64,000 nucleotides of DNA from Squalus acanthias. Taxonomy: Eukaryota. The stretch spans positions 37,944,001-38,008,000 of the forward strand of contig CM059435.1 of assembly GCA_030390025.1 (NCBI GenBank), in the 5' to 3' direction. Positions 46,701-60,506 of this stretch are shown one piece after another; positions within the stretch are counted from its first letter, which is position 1; each line of letters starts with the position of its first letter. The position numbers and the translations under genes were made by a program. The notes beneath the pieces were generated by a model. That model made no database searches. It had not been told where the DNA came from and saw only the letters and a program-made list of their open reading frames with translations.

Positions 46701-49700
46701 ATGATGCTCCTATCACTCAGGAGGAGCTCCTGGTAACTGCTATCCCAGCTAGGACTCAAAAGCATGGTCATCAGTTGTGTAATGATCAAATAGTGACTAA
46801 CCTATTTGAGGTGTAGGGCACGAAGTATGGTCTCTGCTAGACCTAGTTTTGTAGCTCAGGGCACCTTTCATGATTGATTAGCCAGCTTCTGAATATAATT
46901 GGAGCTCCCATTGGGGGCTGGGATTCTTCCCACTTAGCTCCAGATAATTCTGAAAGCCAACATTTTAATGAGCAGAGTGATCCGACCTAAACAAGCAGCA
47001 GGAAGCTTACTAGTCTCTGTGCTGGTAAGTTACATAATCTTAGTTAAACTCCAATTACTAACATTTGGGTGTTACAAACCTAACTTAAGTGCAATGTGTT
47101 CTTATGCGAAGAGAATATGTACTCTCAGACAAATGAAAATTCTAATTCTGTGGATTTCCAAGTAGCTTTGTTTGGAGAATTTTAAGCGTGGCGAGAGCTT
47201 TCCATGTGTCAGACACTTGGCTGACCAAATTTTTAAAATAAAATTGTAACTTAGCCAAGCATGCCATAATTATCATATGCTTCAGCATTTTAAAAATGTA
47301 ATCAATGTATAATGTAGCAAAAGCAAATTTCATCAGTCTGTTGTAAGCTATCTCAGATAACCCAAGGAATACCACAATACCCTAACACAAGACCAATTAT
47401 GATTCATTAGCAATAGAGAGTAGAACATAAGAGCACACTGCTGCACCTCAGTTTATAGCATAACAAAGGTTCCATACTACACATCTACTCATGGGAGACT
47501 AGATGAAAAAGTAGATTACCCAATTAATTTATTCATTGTATGTGGATAACCTGAGACAATTTCATACACAGAGGAGTACACCTTCAAGAGATTTGTTACT
47601 GCAGTGCACAATTTCTCTTTTCCTTCACCCTCAACAGTACCATGTCATTTATCAGCTTTTTCCAACCAAGGAGGCAAAGTAAATGAGAGTATGGACAGAA
47701 ATTTGAAATAAGTTTTAGTTCTTTATAATTATTCCTAGCCCCAAAAAAGTGCTGAACAATCAAATTAGTAACAAGAACAACATTTTTTTTTTTTTACAAT
47801 GGTATGCAAGCTGCACAATAAAGCCCAACTTAGTAAATTCAGACTCAGGAACCAATTTCACAATATAAAGCAGAGAAGGGTGAAATGTTGGGATGACTAG
47901 CATAATTTAATTAAATTGAAATTTAAAAACACTGGATGAAATGGACAGTTAGCAACCTTCATTTGCAATCCGCCATACACTACACCAAAAGAAGCATTTA
48001 AAGAGGCAGATTTTTTGGGGGATTCATGGAAGGAGTTAAAAGCACCTTGGCCAAGTTACTCTCTCTTTGCAGATAAATCTAAACATTTGGAATGTACAAG
48101 AATTACTTCACGTAACAAGCATGCAAATAATATGGAAGTCCTAGTTAGAGGCAAATTGAAGCCCAATTCATCATACAACCTAATCCATTTGCCACCACAA
48201 ATAGCAACAGGTTCGCAAAATTGCACTGCCATAAACATTATCTGTCTCAAAGGCAGGTCACAAAACTAGGCCAATTTGGATGTATGCTAATACTTAACAG
48301 TATAAAATGGTGAGCCAGATTTAGATCTGTAAACAGCTACTTGTGCACATTAGAAGATGCATACATAAGCATGCAGACTTAGAAGTACTAGTGGAACTGC
48401 TCAGTGGTATAAATAGAATTGCTGTACAAAAATCAGAACCAGTGTATTCAAATACTATGCCCAGATTATTGCATCAGGTCTTAGTACCACCATGCTATAC
48501 ACATCTTGATGACATTCTTGTGTACAAGGCCCAAAAACCACATTTTCCTCAAAGAAAATGATACATATGGTCATTGATTAACTAATGTGTAATTTTCCAA
48601 GCTATGAAATTAGTCACATACAAGCACAACTTTAAAGAAATTTTGGAATGGCCAACTGATTCAAAAAAAGGTTCCAAACAATATACTGGTACCCCAGTCA
48701 GCACCCATCAGTTACCTTCAATGTGTCTCATCACCAAACCAGCACTATCACTACCAAGTCAAGTTTAAACTTTTAGTATGCAACAAAAACTATGCATTCA
48801 TTGACCAATTAAGTCGCTTATTCCTCAAGTTGTCAACATTATATGAGCCATTCTCTCTCATTTACCCAGTACCTTATATCTTTGAAATTAATCAGGATTG
48901 CAGAACAAGTGGTATTTTCAAAAAGAGTACCACCTTCTGCCTGATCTCATATTTTACAGATGATGGCTATCATTTTTCTTAAGAATGTTCTCAGAATCTT
49001 CTGTATAACATGGTGCTCCAAGCACAGAATCACTTTTCTGAGTAGCACCCTCCTTAACAATGTACTCGTGTGGACACTGGATGTGAACAGGACTTGGTTG
49101 CAATAACCTTCGTGGTTAAAAACCCTGCATCATTGCACAATTACATACCAGGTTTAATTGAAAGTCAAATTTAAATCCTAAAAAAGCTATATACCTACAC
49201 TGCGTTGATCTCATTACAGTTTGGCCAATCCCACAAGTCGTCTTCTAGGCAGCCCTATTCCGAGACTTTTATCTTTTTGCTATTTCCTTTTCCCTGCTGC
49301 AATGTGGGACAACTTCATTTTCTTTTCTCTTATTCCCACATCATTTCCATTCACATTGATGCTATGAGGGATGGAACTCTTCCCCTCACAGATAACAAAT
49401 ACCTTTTTGGGTGAAATACCAGAGGCTTGGATCATGACTGGAATTAATACTACAGAAGTATCAAGGGCCTGAGGTGTGAAAATTATAGGTGAAAAATACA
49501 CCAATGTTACTAGCGAGTGAGGAAGTTGCTTTGTTTTTCAGCTTGCCAAAGCAATAAAGTAACTTGCCCATGGATGACTGGCAACTAGAATTTTACATCC
49601 TTCCTTCACAGTTAAAGCAGAGAAACCATCACAATTACAAAGTTGATGCCACAAGATAGAGGTGGGGGGAACTTAGTAAAAGAACTGCATGCCCAAGAGA

Positions 49701-50253
49701 AGCTGTGTAAATGCAAATAGCCTATCGAGGTATAACATGCTGAAGCATAATAGTGTGGGCTTCCACCTACTTTGAGTTCCAGATATTAGCCACCCCAATG
49801 AAGGAGTCCAGGAAAAGTCATATCTAGCTGCTCTTGTTCACCTCCCAAAATGACAAAAGGCCTCAGAGCAGTCACTTGTCCATTGTGTGACATGTGGGCA
49901 AGAAAAAAAGTGGAAGGGAGAAAACACAAAATTAGCACTTTAGCTTGCAATTCACCGTGCTCAATAATGACATCGCTGGTCAGCAAGGGAACTGCAAGCA
50001 AAGTAAAGATTAAAAATGTCTAGTCAAAAGCACAAACAAGCACTCTTTAATGATATTCAATGGCAAAACTATTAAAGTTAGTGAACATTCATTTTTTTTT
50101 AAATTGAAGAGTGCAATGGAACCAGAGTGCACCAAAACAAAGAATTGAAGTTCCCCCTCCCCGCAGTTTAATTCCAGAATACCTTGTCTATCTCAAAACT
50201 AGAAAAGCTTTCCACTGCCACTACAGCTGGGACTGCTTGCTTTTTAAGACATT

Positions 50254-50994
50254 GGCCCAAAAATTAGTGCCGCTACGCGAGAGTACGCACTGTGTACTCT
50301 CGCGTATTCTGTCTCCAATTGCCGGTTTTCTGCATGCACTGCGCATGCGCTGAAAACCGGCACTTGGTGAATTCAAAAGGGGGTGGTTCCTAGGTGAACC
50401 GCGTGCGCGTTACAGGCTGCGCGCACGCAGTGCACTTAGTGCTTTGAACGCGCAGGTAAGCATGGAACATTTTAGACATAAAGAAAGGAGGCGTAAGACC
50501 CTCTTTTAACAAGGTAAGTAGTTAATTAAGTATTATTTTGAATTTTTTTTAACAGGTATATCTTTTTTAGAGACTTTAAAGACAGGTAAGTTTATTTTTA
50601 TAACTTTAAAAGATTTTAAATTTTTTCAAAAATTTAATTTTTTGTTTAAAATGGTTAATTTATTTAACTATACTTATTTTATTAATGTGATGGTTTTTAA
50701 AAAATTTTTAATTGAGGTTTAGCTGTTCTTTTGGGGGGGTATAGATTCATAGCTTTCACAGCACTTATGTGAAAGCTATGAATGAAAGATGGTGTGCTGC
50801 CATTGGCTCTAACTGAGTCACGTGATCCCACAGCTCGCACGAATTAACTGCGCCTGTGCGATACGGAAGCCCTGCACAGCTGCTGTCCAGAACATCAAGT
50901 TCGTGCGAGCTGGGACTGAAAAAGCCAGCGCGCAGTGAGAGATCGCGGGGAAGCCTTACCCTCGCACGAAGGCTCCCTCACGAATTTTTGGGCC
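50254..50994. mobile_element. Harbinger/PHIS-type MITE (741 bp) with internal hairpins, in the ADNP 5' intronic region
   Basis: TIR GGCCCAAAAATT(A/C)GTG at both ends. 3-bp TSD ATT (50251-50253, 50995-50997). CpG-rich arms and AT-rich core. Confidence 0.88.
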
Positions 50995-51544
50995 ATTGGC
51001 TTGCAGTTATCTGGAGCAAATGGCAACAATTTGCACCGCCTTCCCTCAACACTAAGACAACTGATATGTAGAAAAGTTTAAAAGTAGCATTGCCTTGTTG
51101 AGGTAACTATTTAAAAAATGAGATAGTTGCTTGAAAGGGTACAAGAAAGTGGGATTAGACCAAGTGGTTCATTCTGAGGAAAAACACCAGTAGAATTGAT
51201 GGGACAATTCTGCACAGTAACATTTTTAAAAAATTCAAAATTCATTATTATGTGCATGTCAGGCACATCACATTATTTATTTATTTTTTAAAAACTCAAT
51301 CTAAAGGAGTCACAAATACTACTCAAAAACCCATTCAAAACTGTTGCAACAAAAGATTTCCCATGTTCAAGCAGGTGTGTAGTGTCACTAAAGAGCTCAG
51401 TTTTCACAAGTCCAGTCAAATTGCTTCAGCAATTTTGTGTGCACAATCTGCTTGTGTTATTTTAGATGTTTTTTTTTAATGTGCATTCCAAATTAGCACA
51501 GTTCAGACAATTTTTTGAAATGGTGGAAATTGAATGGGTTATCT

Positions 51545-52510
51545 TAAGAGTCAGACTTCCTCAAGAATCCAGCCTTGACCCCCTCCACCTCTTCATGCTG
51601 CTGCTTGGCGACATAATAAAGACGTGGTGACAGCTTGCACATGTGGCAGTGCTCACCTCTACCTCTCCACCACCTTTCGACTCCTCCACTACCAACATCC
51701 AGCCTTGGAGGAGCCATAAATTCTTCCAACTAAACAGTGGGAATACCAAAGCCAGTCTTTGGCCACTGCCACAAATTCCTTACCATCGTCACTGACTCTA
51801 TCCGTTATCTCTGGTCACTATCTCAGACCAAACCAGACTGTTTGCCACCTTGTTTTCACACCGAGAACTGAGCTTCCGATCTCATATCCTCATTTACTTC
51901 CACCTCAGTAACAGTGCTCACCTCTACCCCCACCATTCACTGCCGCAATCCTCATTCATGCCTTTGCCACCTACAGGTTCAATTACTCCAGTGCTCTCTT
52001 AGCCAACCTCCATCTCCACAAACTTCAGCTGATCGAAAACTGTTACCCATATCATATCCCATGTCAAGTCACGCTCGCCTATCATACCTTAGCTGACATA
52101 CATTAACTCCCATCCTCCCAACTCCTTAAATTTAAAATTCTCTTCCTGTTGTTAAAATGTCTCCACGGACTTGCTCCTCACTATCTCCAACATCCTCTGC
52201 TCAACAATTACCCAGCCCTTCCCCTCCATTCCTCCGACACTAACATCTTGTGTAACCTACCCCCTCCCAGCCACCAACACCTCTCCCCCCCCAAAAATTT
52301 GGGTTTGGGCCTTTAGCTGCTTAAGTCCCACTCTCTAATTTTCTCCCTCCCCACCTTTAAGAATCCTTCTTCAAACTCATCTCTTCAACCAAACTTTTGG
52401 TCACCCTTCCTAATCTCTTTGGCTTGACATCCGTTTTCCTTATGCCTCTGTGCAGTAACTTGGGATGTTTTTCTACATGGCATTTACATAATGTATGCAA
52501 GTTGTTGCCA
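51545..52510 (+). mobile_element. Degenerate L2 LINE 3' portion
   Basis: Pyrimidine-rich L2 RT C-terminal remnants (CTCATTCATGCCTTTG..ACCT..AG..T..A.TA.TCCA) and tail ...TATGCAAGTTGTTG. Confidence 0.65.
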
Positions 52511-55500
52511 TTGTTCCCAGCATGCCAATGTATTACAACAAACCCAATATCTGGTAATATTAAGTAATTTACAAGAATGATTAAACTAACTGAGGTCACA
52601 AGTCAAACATTTAGGAGTATAAGTACACAATACCTTTCCTAAGCAAACCAAATCACAATGTCATCCAGCATGACGTTCAAACTGATCTTCAGAAGTGCAG
52701 ACATGTTGCAAATACAGAGAATCTTGAACTGCAATAGTTCACAAAAGATTTGCAAAATTGCAAGCTCAATAGTGCTGTGTAAAGACCAGAACAAAGAACT
52801 ATCACGTGAAGACTTGAATAAGTGCCTTTTGCTTCCCTCAAAAAGCAGCTGCTGAAATTACCAATATTTGTTTGGAAACATAAGTTATCCCTTCACCAAT
52901 CTCAAAATTCCACATCACTGTAACCAATTGCTAAAATGCATTGTTCTGACCCAATTGTGTGCATAATCATAGACACATAATAAGTGTGTGATGGACTGCA
53001 AGAACCTTCATTTCATAATATAGCTGCTGTCACAGCAGTGACAATCCTCACATACAGTGTGCGTTGATCATCTTCATACAGTTGCTGGTTTATGCTCAAC
53101 ACATTTGCTCAATGTACAGATCCCATCTATTTTAGAATTATGAGAAGTGGTTTTACAATGGACCTTTTTCATCTTTTAGCCATTCACACATAGCATGAAT
53201 GAATGAAAATAATTTGAAGTAATTTTGCTAGCATAGTCAAACTTGAATAAATGTATTCCTAAGCCCAAAACAATTGTTAAAATTCTAATGCACAACTCTA
53301 TTAGAAAACTTTGTTCAAGCAAAGCATTTCTCAAATTTATCAGGATTCAGCCCAAGAAATGATGGTGGCAGACACTAGCCAAACTGTTCTAGCTAAGAAA
53401 ATAAAAGTCTCCTTAAATTTTTTGAGTCATTATATATGTATAAGAATATACATTTAGATCACAAAACAATACTAAAGTCTCCCAAAAGTTTACTGTTGGC
53501 ACCACTGTCTGCAATTTAGAAATACAGAAATTATAACTTTAATTTCCTATTGGTTTATTTACTTTAGAGCATACAACCATGTAACTAAGGATTTATTTAG
53601 GAACACTTAATACTTCCTTTTTATGCTATATACACACACCAATGTCTTCTCAGGGAGTTGAAATCCTTAGCCAAGGGACCCAAACAATGCAATGCACATG
53701 ATGCTATGCTGCACCCAGAACTTTCCAGTCTGCACACAAGGCATTTTTGTGCATATCTGTGGATGATTCCTTGGGTTCTCGAGCCAGCAATGCATAAAGC
53801 TTCCTTTTCTATTTGCTTTACAAGGATTGAAGGGGCCATAACAACCATCTCAAATTAGCCTCATATTTAAGAGGGTGGAAGTCAAGAACAACAGAGCAAT
53901 TACAACACATTCCTATCTCAGGTAACAAAGCAGTTTGGGGTTTTGGAAAAGACTTTTTTGGTAGTTTTAGAAACTTGTATACTGCCACATACAATAACCA
54001 TGTTGAGGCATTTATAGAATAGAAAATAGAAAAAGGGAAAAAATCTATTTTCTCATTAAAGGAAGCAGATTGTTTGCCCATCCTCAAATTAGACATTAAT
54101 TGATCAAATTGTTGTCCTTTTGCTTTATTATTTTGCCGATATATACACACATGGAGTTTCTTTTCTGCTGACACAATGGCAGATTTCAGGAAAAATGATA
54201 GATACCGACACACTATCCAATTTCTCACTGAAATCATTTTGCATTTTATGTACTGGATGTAAAATATATCTTTTAAGGGGAGTAATTCAAGGATCGACTC
54301 TGCAAGCAACAGTAACACATTGCGAAAATGTCAATTACTAATCACCTTAAAAAGAACCTGTTTGATTGTTATTATTTGCCTAAATTGGATTTTTTTTAAC
54401 AAGTACATAAATATCAGCTTTAATGTGCGATCTGCAATCAAATCTGTCCACTAAATTACAAAATGGCTCCGCCCCCTCCCCTGCAGAAAAATGTTTAGAT
54501 ACCTACTCTGAAATTGAAAGGGGAATTGTCAAGAGATTTTTGTCCCAGTTTCTATCATATTATTGCTCAGATCAACATTCCCGTGAAAACATTGATGGTC
54601 ATCAAGTTTGTGATCTGATTGCCAAGTCAGATTTCTGATCATTGGATTTCAGTCTAGGATTGCACATCGAACTAGCTAATTACAGTGCCATTTTTTCCAA
54701 ATATATAAAGGGTCTACGCTGCCAGGTTAAACTGTGACCCAAGTCCAAAATGCAGAAAAGTTAACTCCTTTCACAGTACCCGCTGTCTGATACTCGACAC
54801 CTTTCACGCTTTCCCCAGTGGCTTTGAAATTACAATTCAACTTAAACCTATCTTTTCATTGAGACTTGTTTTGCCATTCAGTTGGCTGATTTTTTACATC
54901 AACTTAGATTATGTCTGCTATCCATGATCTCACTGTCCCACCTTGTAAGTCTGCAAAAGTGATCAGACTAGGGACAATCTCAATTGCACAACAAGCCAAC
55001 AAATAATTTAGACATATTTTTGTTATATGGTAATTGGGTCATTTTATCTTCTTTATTTTGACACAAGAGAATTAACTTCAATATATACGGGCAGGCAGAA
55101 TAACAAACAACATACTGTAGTTACTTTGCTATTTGCAGGGGTAAAATGAAAATTCCTCCAAGTACTGGTACTTCAAAAAAAAAATAATTCAGGACACACA
55201 ATGATTGCTCATATCAATGAAACAAAACTGGGTTTTCAATTTAGAGTCAGTACAATCATAAATTTATTAAAATATATGCAGTTTAATAGCACTTTAATAA
55301 TAAAATAAAAATTACTTTGTATGACTAACTTTTTTGAAAGTCAGCATAACACTGACTTTTTGACTGTGGAAAAATCATTTAGCTGTTACTTAAATAAAAA
55401 CTGTTTGAGGGGTTTACTAAATGAGAATACAAACATGTTAATAGATACGTGGGACAACCTCGATGACGATTTGTACATGATTGAATTATCAAGGAAAGGG

Positions 55501-56259
55501 CTTTTTGTAATTAAATCTGTAGTTCCATTAAAAGCCTCTGTATACACTTAAATTTGCCACAGTCCAAGTCAACAGGACGTGCTGGCACCATTCCCTATAT
55601 CTAAACCAATAATATTTCCAAACCTGAGCTTTTAATCATATGCTGCTTCCAAGTTGCAAACTGTCTCATTCCCACTGTAGACAATTCCAGCAGCAATTTG
55701 AGCAAGAAATGAATAAACGCTTCATTTAAATTCCTGCTCCATAGACAAGTACATGTGTCAGATAGACTGACACCGTCCAACGTATGCCCCGATTTGGGGC
55801 CACAGCACTATACTAAATTCAGTTCAAGAGCGAGCATAATGACTGAACTTCTAAACAATATATTTTATCATGAACCAGTAATTAGAGGTTACAGGTACAG
55901 GGTATTTGAACTGTCAGCCCGTTTGCAATTGCTATTACACCGCCCCCATCAATTTCTTCTATTATTTTTGTAAACTTGATTATATTAGGTTATGTAATTT
56001 TGTAAAAGATGTCCATTTGCAATGCATAGTGGATGTCATTTATTGCATCAGATATTGCTATTGCCACTTTTTCCAATACTCTCCCTCAGTATATTTCCAA
56101 TTCATTTGATGTCACTGCAAGTTTCTTTCTGCCATTCTTCCTCTTTCTCTCCCCAATACCACACAGATTAGATGCACAGTTTCCTCTAATTTATATTCTA
56201 ACTGCCCCAAAGCATAATGATAGAAAAATTAAGGAGCCTTGCAAGACTTACTCTTGGCG

Positions 56260-56600
56260 CCATGGCTAGTCAATGGGTCAAGGAATCCACCTTGGGAGCA
56301 TTACAGCTAAGGCTAATCTTACCTCACCAACATCTACATACAGGCACTTCCCTTTAGGGTTCACTGGATAATGATCAAGAGCAGGAACATTAGCCAAGCA
56401 CAATCTCATCCTCACCAGACGTGCATGCATATACACACAAACCAATAAGGAGTTACTGGAAAATGATCAGGAACAGGAACTCTGCCCAATATTTTCCCAC
56501 CCTTATCTAGAGCAGTTAGGGCAACTGTAAGACACCCGCTGCTGTACCGGATGAGATTAACTTTATAAAGCAGGGATCAAACCTGGGACTTTCGTTCCAA
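56260..56600 (-). mobile_element. Old tRNA-derived SINE with an internal partial duplication
   Basis: Same family as 44760-45090. The CACTGGATAATGATCAAGAGCAGGAAC / TACTGGAAAATGATCAGGAACAGGAAC block occurs twice. Confidence 0.5.
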
Positions 56601-58659
56601 TAGAAGAAATTCACATTGGCGCAGAGTTGTACTATCATTACATCCCACTTGATTTGGTCACTACAAATCATTATACCTTAGTAGGTTTTCAATCTCTGCG
56701 GGAACGTAAATGTACATTAACCACATCCCATCCCCTGAAGCAACTAACTTTCACATTCCAAGTCTGAGCAAAACCAGTATGGCATGCTACCACACAAATG
56801 CACATAATTTTAAAAGGTGCATAAGGACATAATGCTAAACACATTTAGACACACCTACTTACAAAGCAATGAAGCAAATTTCCTGTTTGCTAGTTGTACC
56901 AAATCATAAATGCGAGGATATTATATAAAATCTCTCCTTTCTCCTTACTGTTTAGAGTGATTTAAATGCTTCCAAGCTCAGTTATACCACAGACTGCAAA
57001 CTACACAGTGGTCAGATAGCAACAAACAATGCACAGCAACTAATGCATTTCACCTACATAACTACTTCAAGTGTAATTAGTTTTTACTGGCAACTTTTAA
57101 AACTTTCATATTCTAACAACTACCACTCCTGGTTAGGTTTAAAACTGAACAACTACCTCACCCCTCCCCCAACACTGCAAATTTTCCACTTTCCCCAATA
57201 CAGAACATGGAAAAGCAGTCATTTGTAGCCCATACACATTGCAGACTCCCACTGTACATTAAAAAGTATTCACATTCTAACTTTCGGGACCAGAACCTGT
57301 CAATTTTTCAGCTTAATTTAATTAATTCTCAAGCTCCAAGACCCAACACTTTGTTTCTAAAATGCATTTAAACTGCTGGACTTGGTGCTAGATTATATTT
57401 ATGAAATTATTTTTTCATCTGTAACAGTGCAGCCAGTGCAATGAATCCAAGTTGTCCTAGAATAGTTATATTCTACTACAAAAGAGATCAGTCTGAAGTT
57501 TACAGATCACTATAGACAATCACTTAAAAAGGAGTTTGACATATACTGCTTCTAGGTAAGTAATGCATCAACTGTAATTCCCTTGCCAACAGCAGTCTAA
57601 TCATACACATAGACACATCTCCATAAGCCAAAGGTATCAGATCTTACATCCATCCCATGAACTCCCCCTTCTTTGATGCTGGAAGTACTATTACAGTAAT
57701 CTCGCCCTGCCACAAGTGAAAGGACCACAGCAAAACCTCATCTTTTTAAGGTGCATCATTTTTTGATGATTGCACAATTCAGTATTAGATTGTTGGAAGC
57801 ATAAGCATAGTACAGATCTTCCAATAATCAGAGCTTTTTAGTGAAATGGATGTTTTACTTAGAATGGCAACAAAGTTCATATTCAGACCTTCCACTATTA
57901 ATGAAACACTATCTCTGCACTTAATCTACCCTTTTAATTATCTGAGCCCAAGGTGAAAATTAGAACTTACTTGAGAAGCAGAAATTAACTAGTCACAAGA
58001 TGAAGGAACATGATGCTAGATTGTGAGCTTAATTTTAAGACTTAAAAAAGATAAAGTTAAATATATATACACTATATGTTTTCAATAAGTCCCATCTGTG
58101 TAACCCTTGGAGCACTAACAATGAGTTCTCTCGTCAGGGTGAAATTCCACTGCTGAGGCCATGAACTCATCTGATGCTTGAAGAACTCATCAAAAGTCAA
58201 CCGTATCACATCAATGGCAGCAGCAAGTTAATCCTAAATTGCTGTGCTCAATTGTTTGTTTTTCTAGCCCATCTCTAGTTGGTTTTCAGCCAAAGCCCAA
58301 TTTTAAACAATATACTACCCCTCCAAAATAGCTCAGGAAAACAATTCTTAAATTAGAAAAAATAAAATGCTACTTATTAGAAATAAAGCTGAAAAGAATT
58401 TCTGGGGAAATGGGCTAAGTAAAGAATTTTAGAAATATTTAAAACTGATTATAGCAGCATAAAGATAATATTACAGCAGTAAAATATATCCCGACACCAG
58501 AACAGCTGCTTTATTGCTATACATTAGCATTTGTTTTGCCACCAAAGTGCGATCTACAAACAAAGTAACCAGGAACCTTGCAATTCCCTGGAGCTGCCAG
58601 TAGCCCAATGGTTAAAAATAATGCATACATGGAATTTAAGAATTAGCTCTTCGGCCCCC

Positions 58660-59035
58660 CCAATGGTTCAGTTGGTAAAGCAGCGTGACTGAGCTATACA
58701 GGCTAGATGTGTCTCAGGTTTGACCACAAATATGTGCCAAGTTAGCTATTCTCAGCCAGGCATTAGTAGAGCTATTACAATTATTTCACTCCGAGCTTGT
58801 GTGTGTGTGTGTGGGGGGAAAGAAAAAGTCACCAGCTTCCCACTCCTGACTACTTCCCAGTAATCCCTGTTGGAAAGTACACATATCAGGTGTCACTAAG
58901 ATCAGCCGTAGCTATGAAACCCCAGTCAAATAACCTGCAAAGTTCATTGTGAAAAATAACCATTTGGTCTAGATACTAAAGGGCAACCAACCCACCTAGT
59001 ATCATACCTCAGCACAAGTCAGCATCTTCAAAAAA
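58660..59035 (+). mobile_element. Old tRNA-derived SINE
   Basis: A-box-like TGGTTCAGTTGGTAAAG, B-box-like CAGGTTTGACC, and a body shared with 44760-45090. Confidence 0.55.
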
Positions 59036-60490
59036 ACAGGCAAAAAAGAGAGAAACGGTTTTATAAAAACAGATGCAAGTGTACAATAATTTTAAAAGCC
59101 ATGTAAAATAAAGTCCCGCCCCCCCCCATATAACCATTGTACACTTCCTTCGTACATTTTCAGAGTACAATTTCCTCTACAATAAACTCTACTGCAAGAA
59201 TTGAAACAGAGCTCACAATGCATTATGAAACCTTGTGCATTCATACAGGAAGGAAAGGAGGAAAATAACAAAGTACAAAGAAATTGTGTGCATCACTACT
59301 GAAAACAGAACTTCTGTGCTGGAGGCAAATGGTGACTAGTATGTAATTGTGATTCACTTCAAAATCCTAACGTATTTGACCTGAAACAAAATCTACACTT
59401 TTTTTGTCTTTGTGAAGCTTCCCAAACATAATGAAGAATTATAAAAATAAAAAACAAGTGGAACCTTACCACCTACAGCTTTAACTTAAAATTGGTAAGT
59501 CTTCACACTTACAAAAGGATTGGCATATCATTCTCTCCTATTAATGCAGCCTACATCCACAGCAATGTGAAATATTACAAATTGCTACAACACTGGATTC
59601 AAGGCTTTTGATTTGAATCACATCTTGCGGTGCAAAAGGTTATATATCTTGTTAAATCAGATCTACAGTGTGCCTTATCCTGTAGTTCTTTATAAAAGTA
59701 CAGTACACTATTGTGGACTATGTAGCAACCTAAATTGTTTTTTTGAAAAAAATGACCAACGAGTTTAGATTTGCCTAAGCAAATAGAACTAAAATGTGAC
59801 TAGATACCTGAATCTAAAGAAGATTCCCAGCTAAAAAGACATGAGATATTTGTCCTATTCTATTCAAGCTGATGGTGTGGCACAGGGGGTGCCATCAGAA
59901 CAACTTCCCAGTACCCCCTAATTAAGGATTGCACATTAGGAAAATAACCTTATGGCAAACAGCAACAGGTTTGATTACTATGCCTATTATAACTAAACAG
60001 GAATTTCTATATCGCACTAAGTCAACTAATTTTGATGCTCACCTTTTGCAACATCCACCTCAAACCATCATGCTACAAGTCACATATGCTTTACTTGGAT
60101 TATAGTTCTAATCAACCAGAACCAATTCCTTGGCTGAGTTGGCTGGTCACTACAAACACAACTTGGTTCAGTCATTCTTTAATGCCCAAATACACTTAAT
60201 TTCACATTTACCATCATTTTTCACTGATGCACATTTTGCCTTGCACTGGTTATCACTAAATGCATCTAGTTACAAAGACTTGGGGTTTCAGTAATATGGA
60301 TATTTTGTACATGCAGCTTAGTCAGAAGTAATCATTGCATTGCATATTCCTGAAACAGTACCAATGGAAACATACATCTGGTGAAATTTTGGTTTATTAA
60401 AGTAATTGCATACTCGCATTGCACATATATTATGTCTGCCTGTGTTTTGTATGTAACCCAAAGTTTTCAGTCACCGAATTCGGCGCCTAA

Positions 60491-60506
60491 GCTACAGGTG
60501 GCGCTG
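60491..60506 (+). promoter_or_regulatory. CTCF-like motif in a CpG-containing patch of ADNP intron 1
   Basis: GCTACAGGTGGCGCTG resembles the CTCF core CCASYAGRKGGCRC. Confidence 0.4.
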
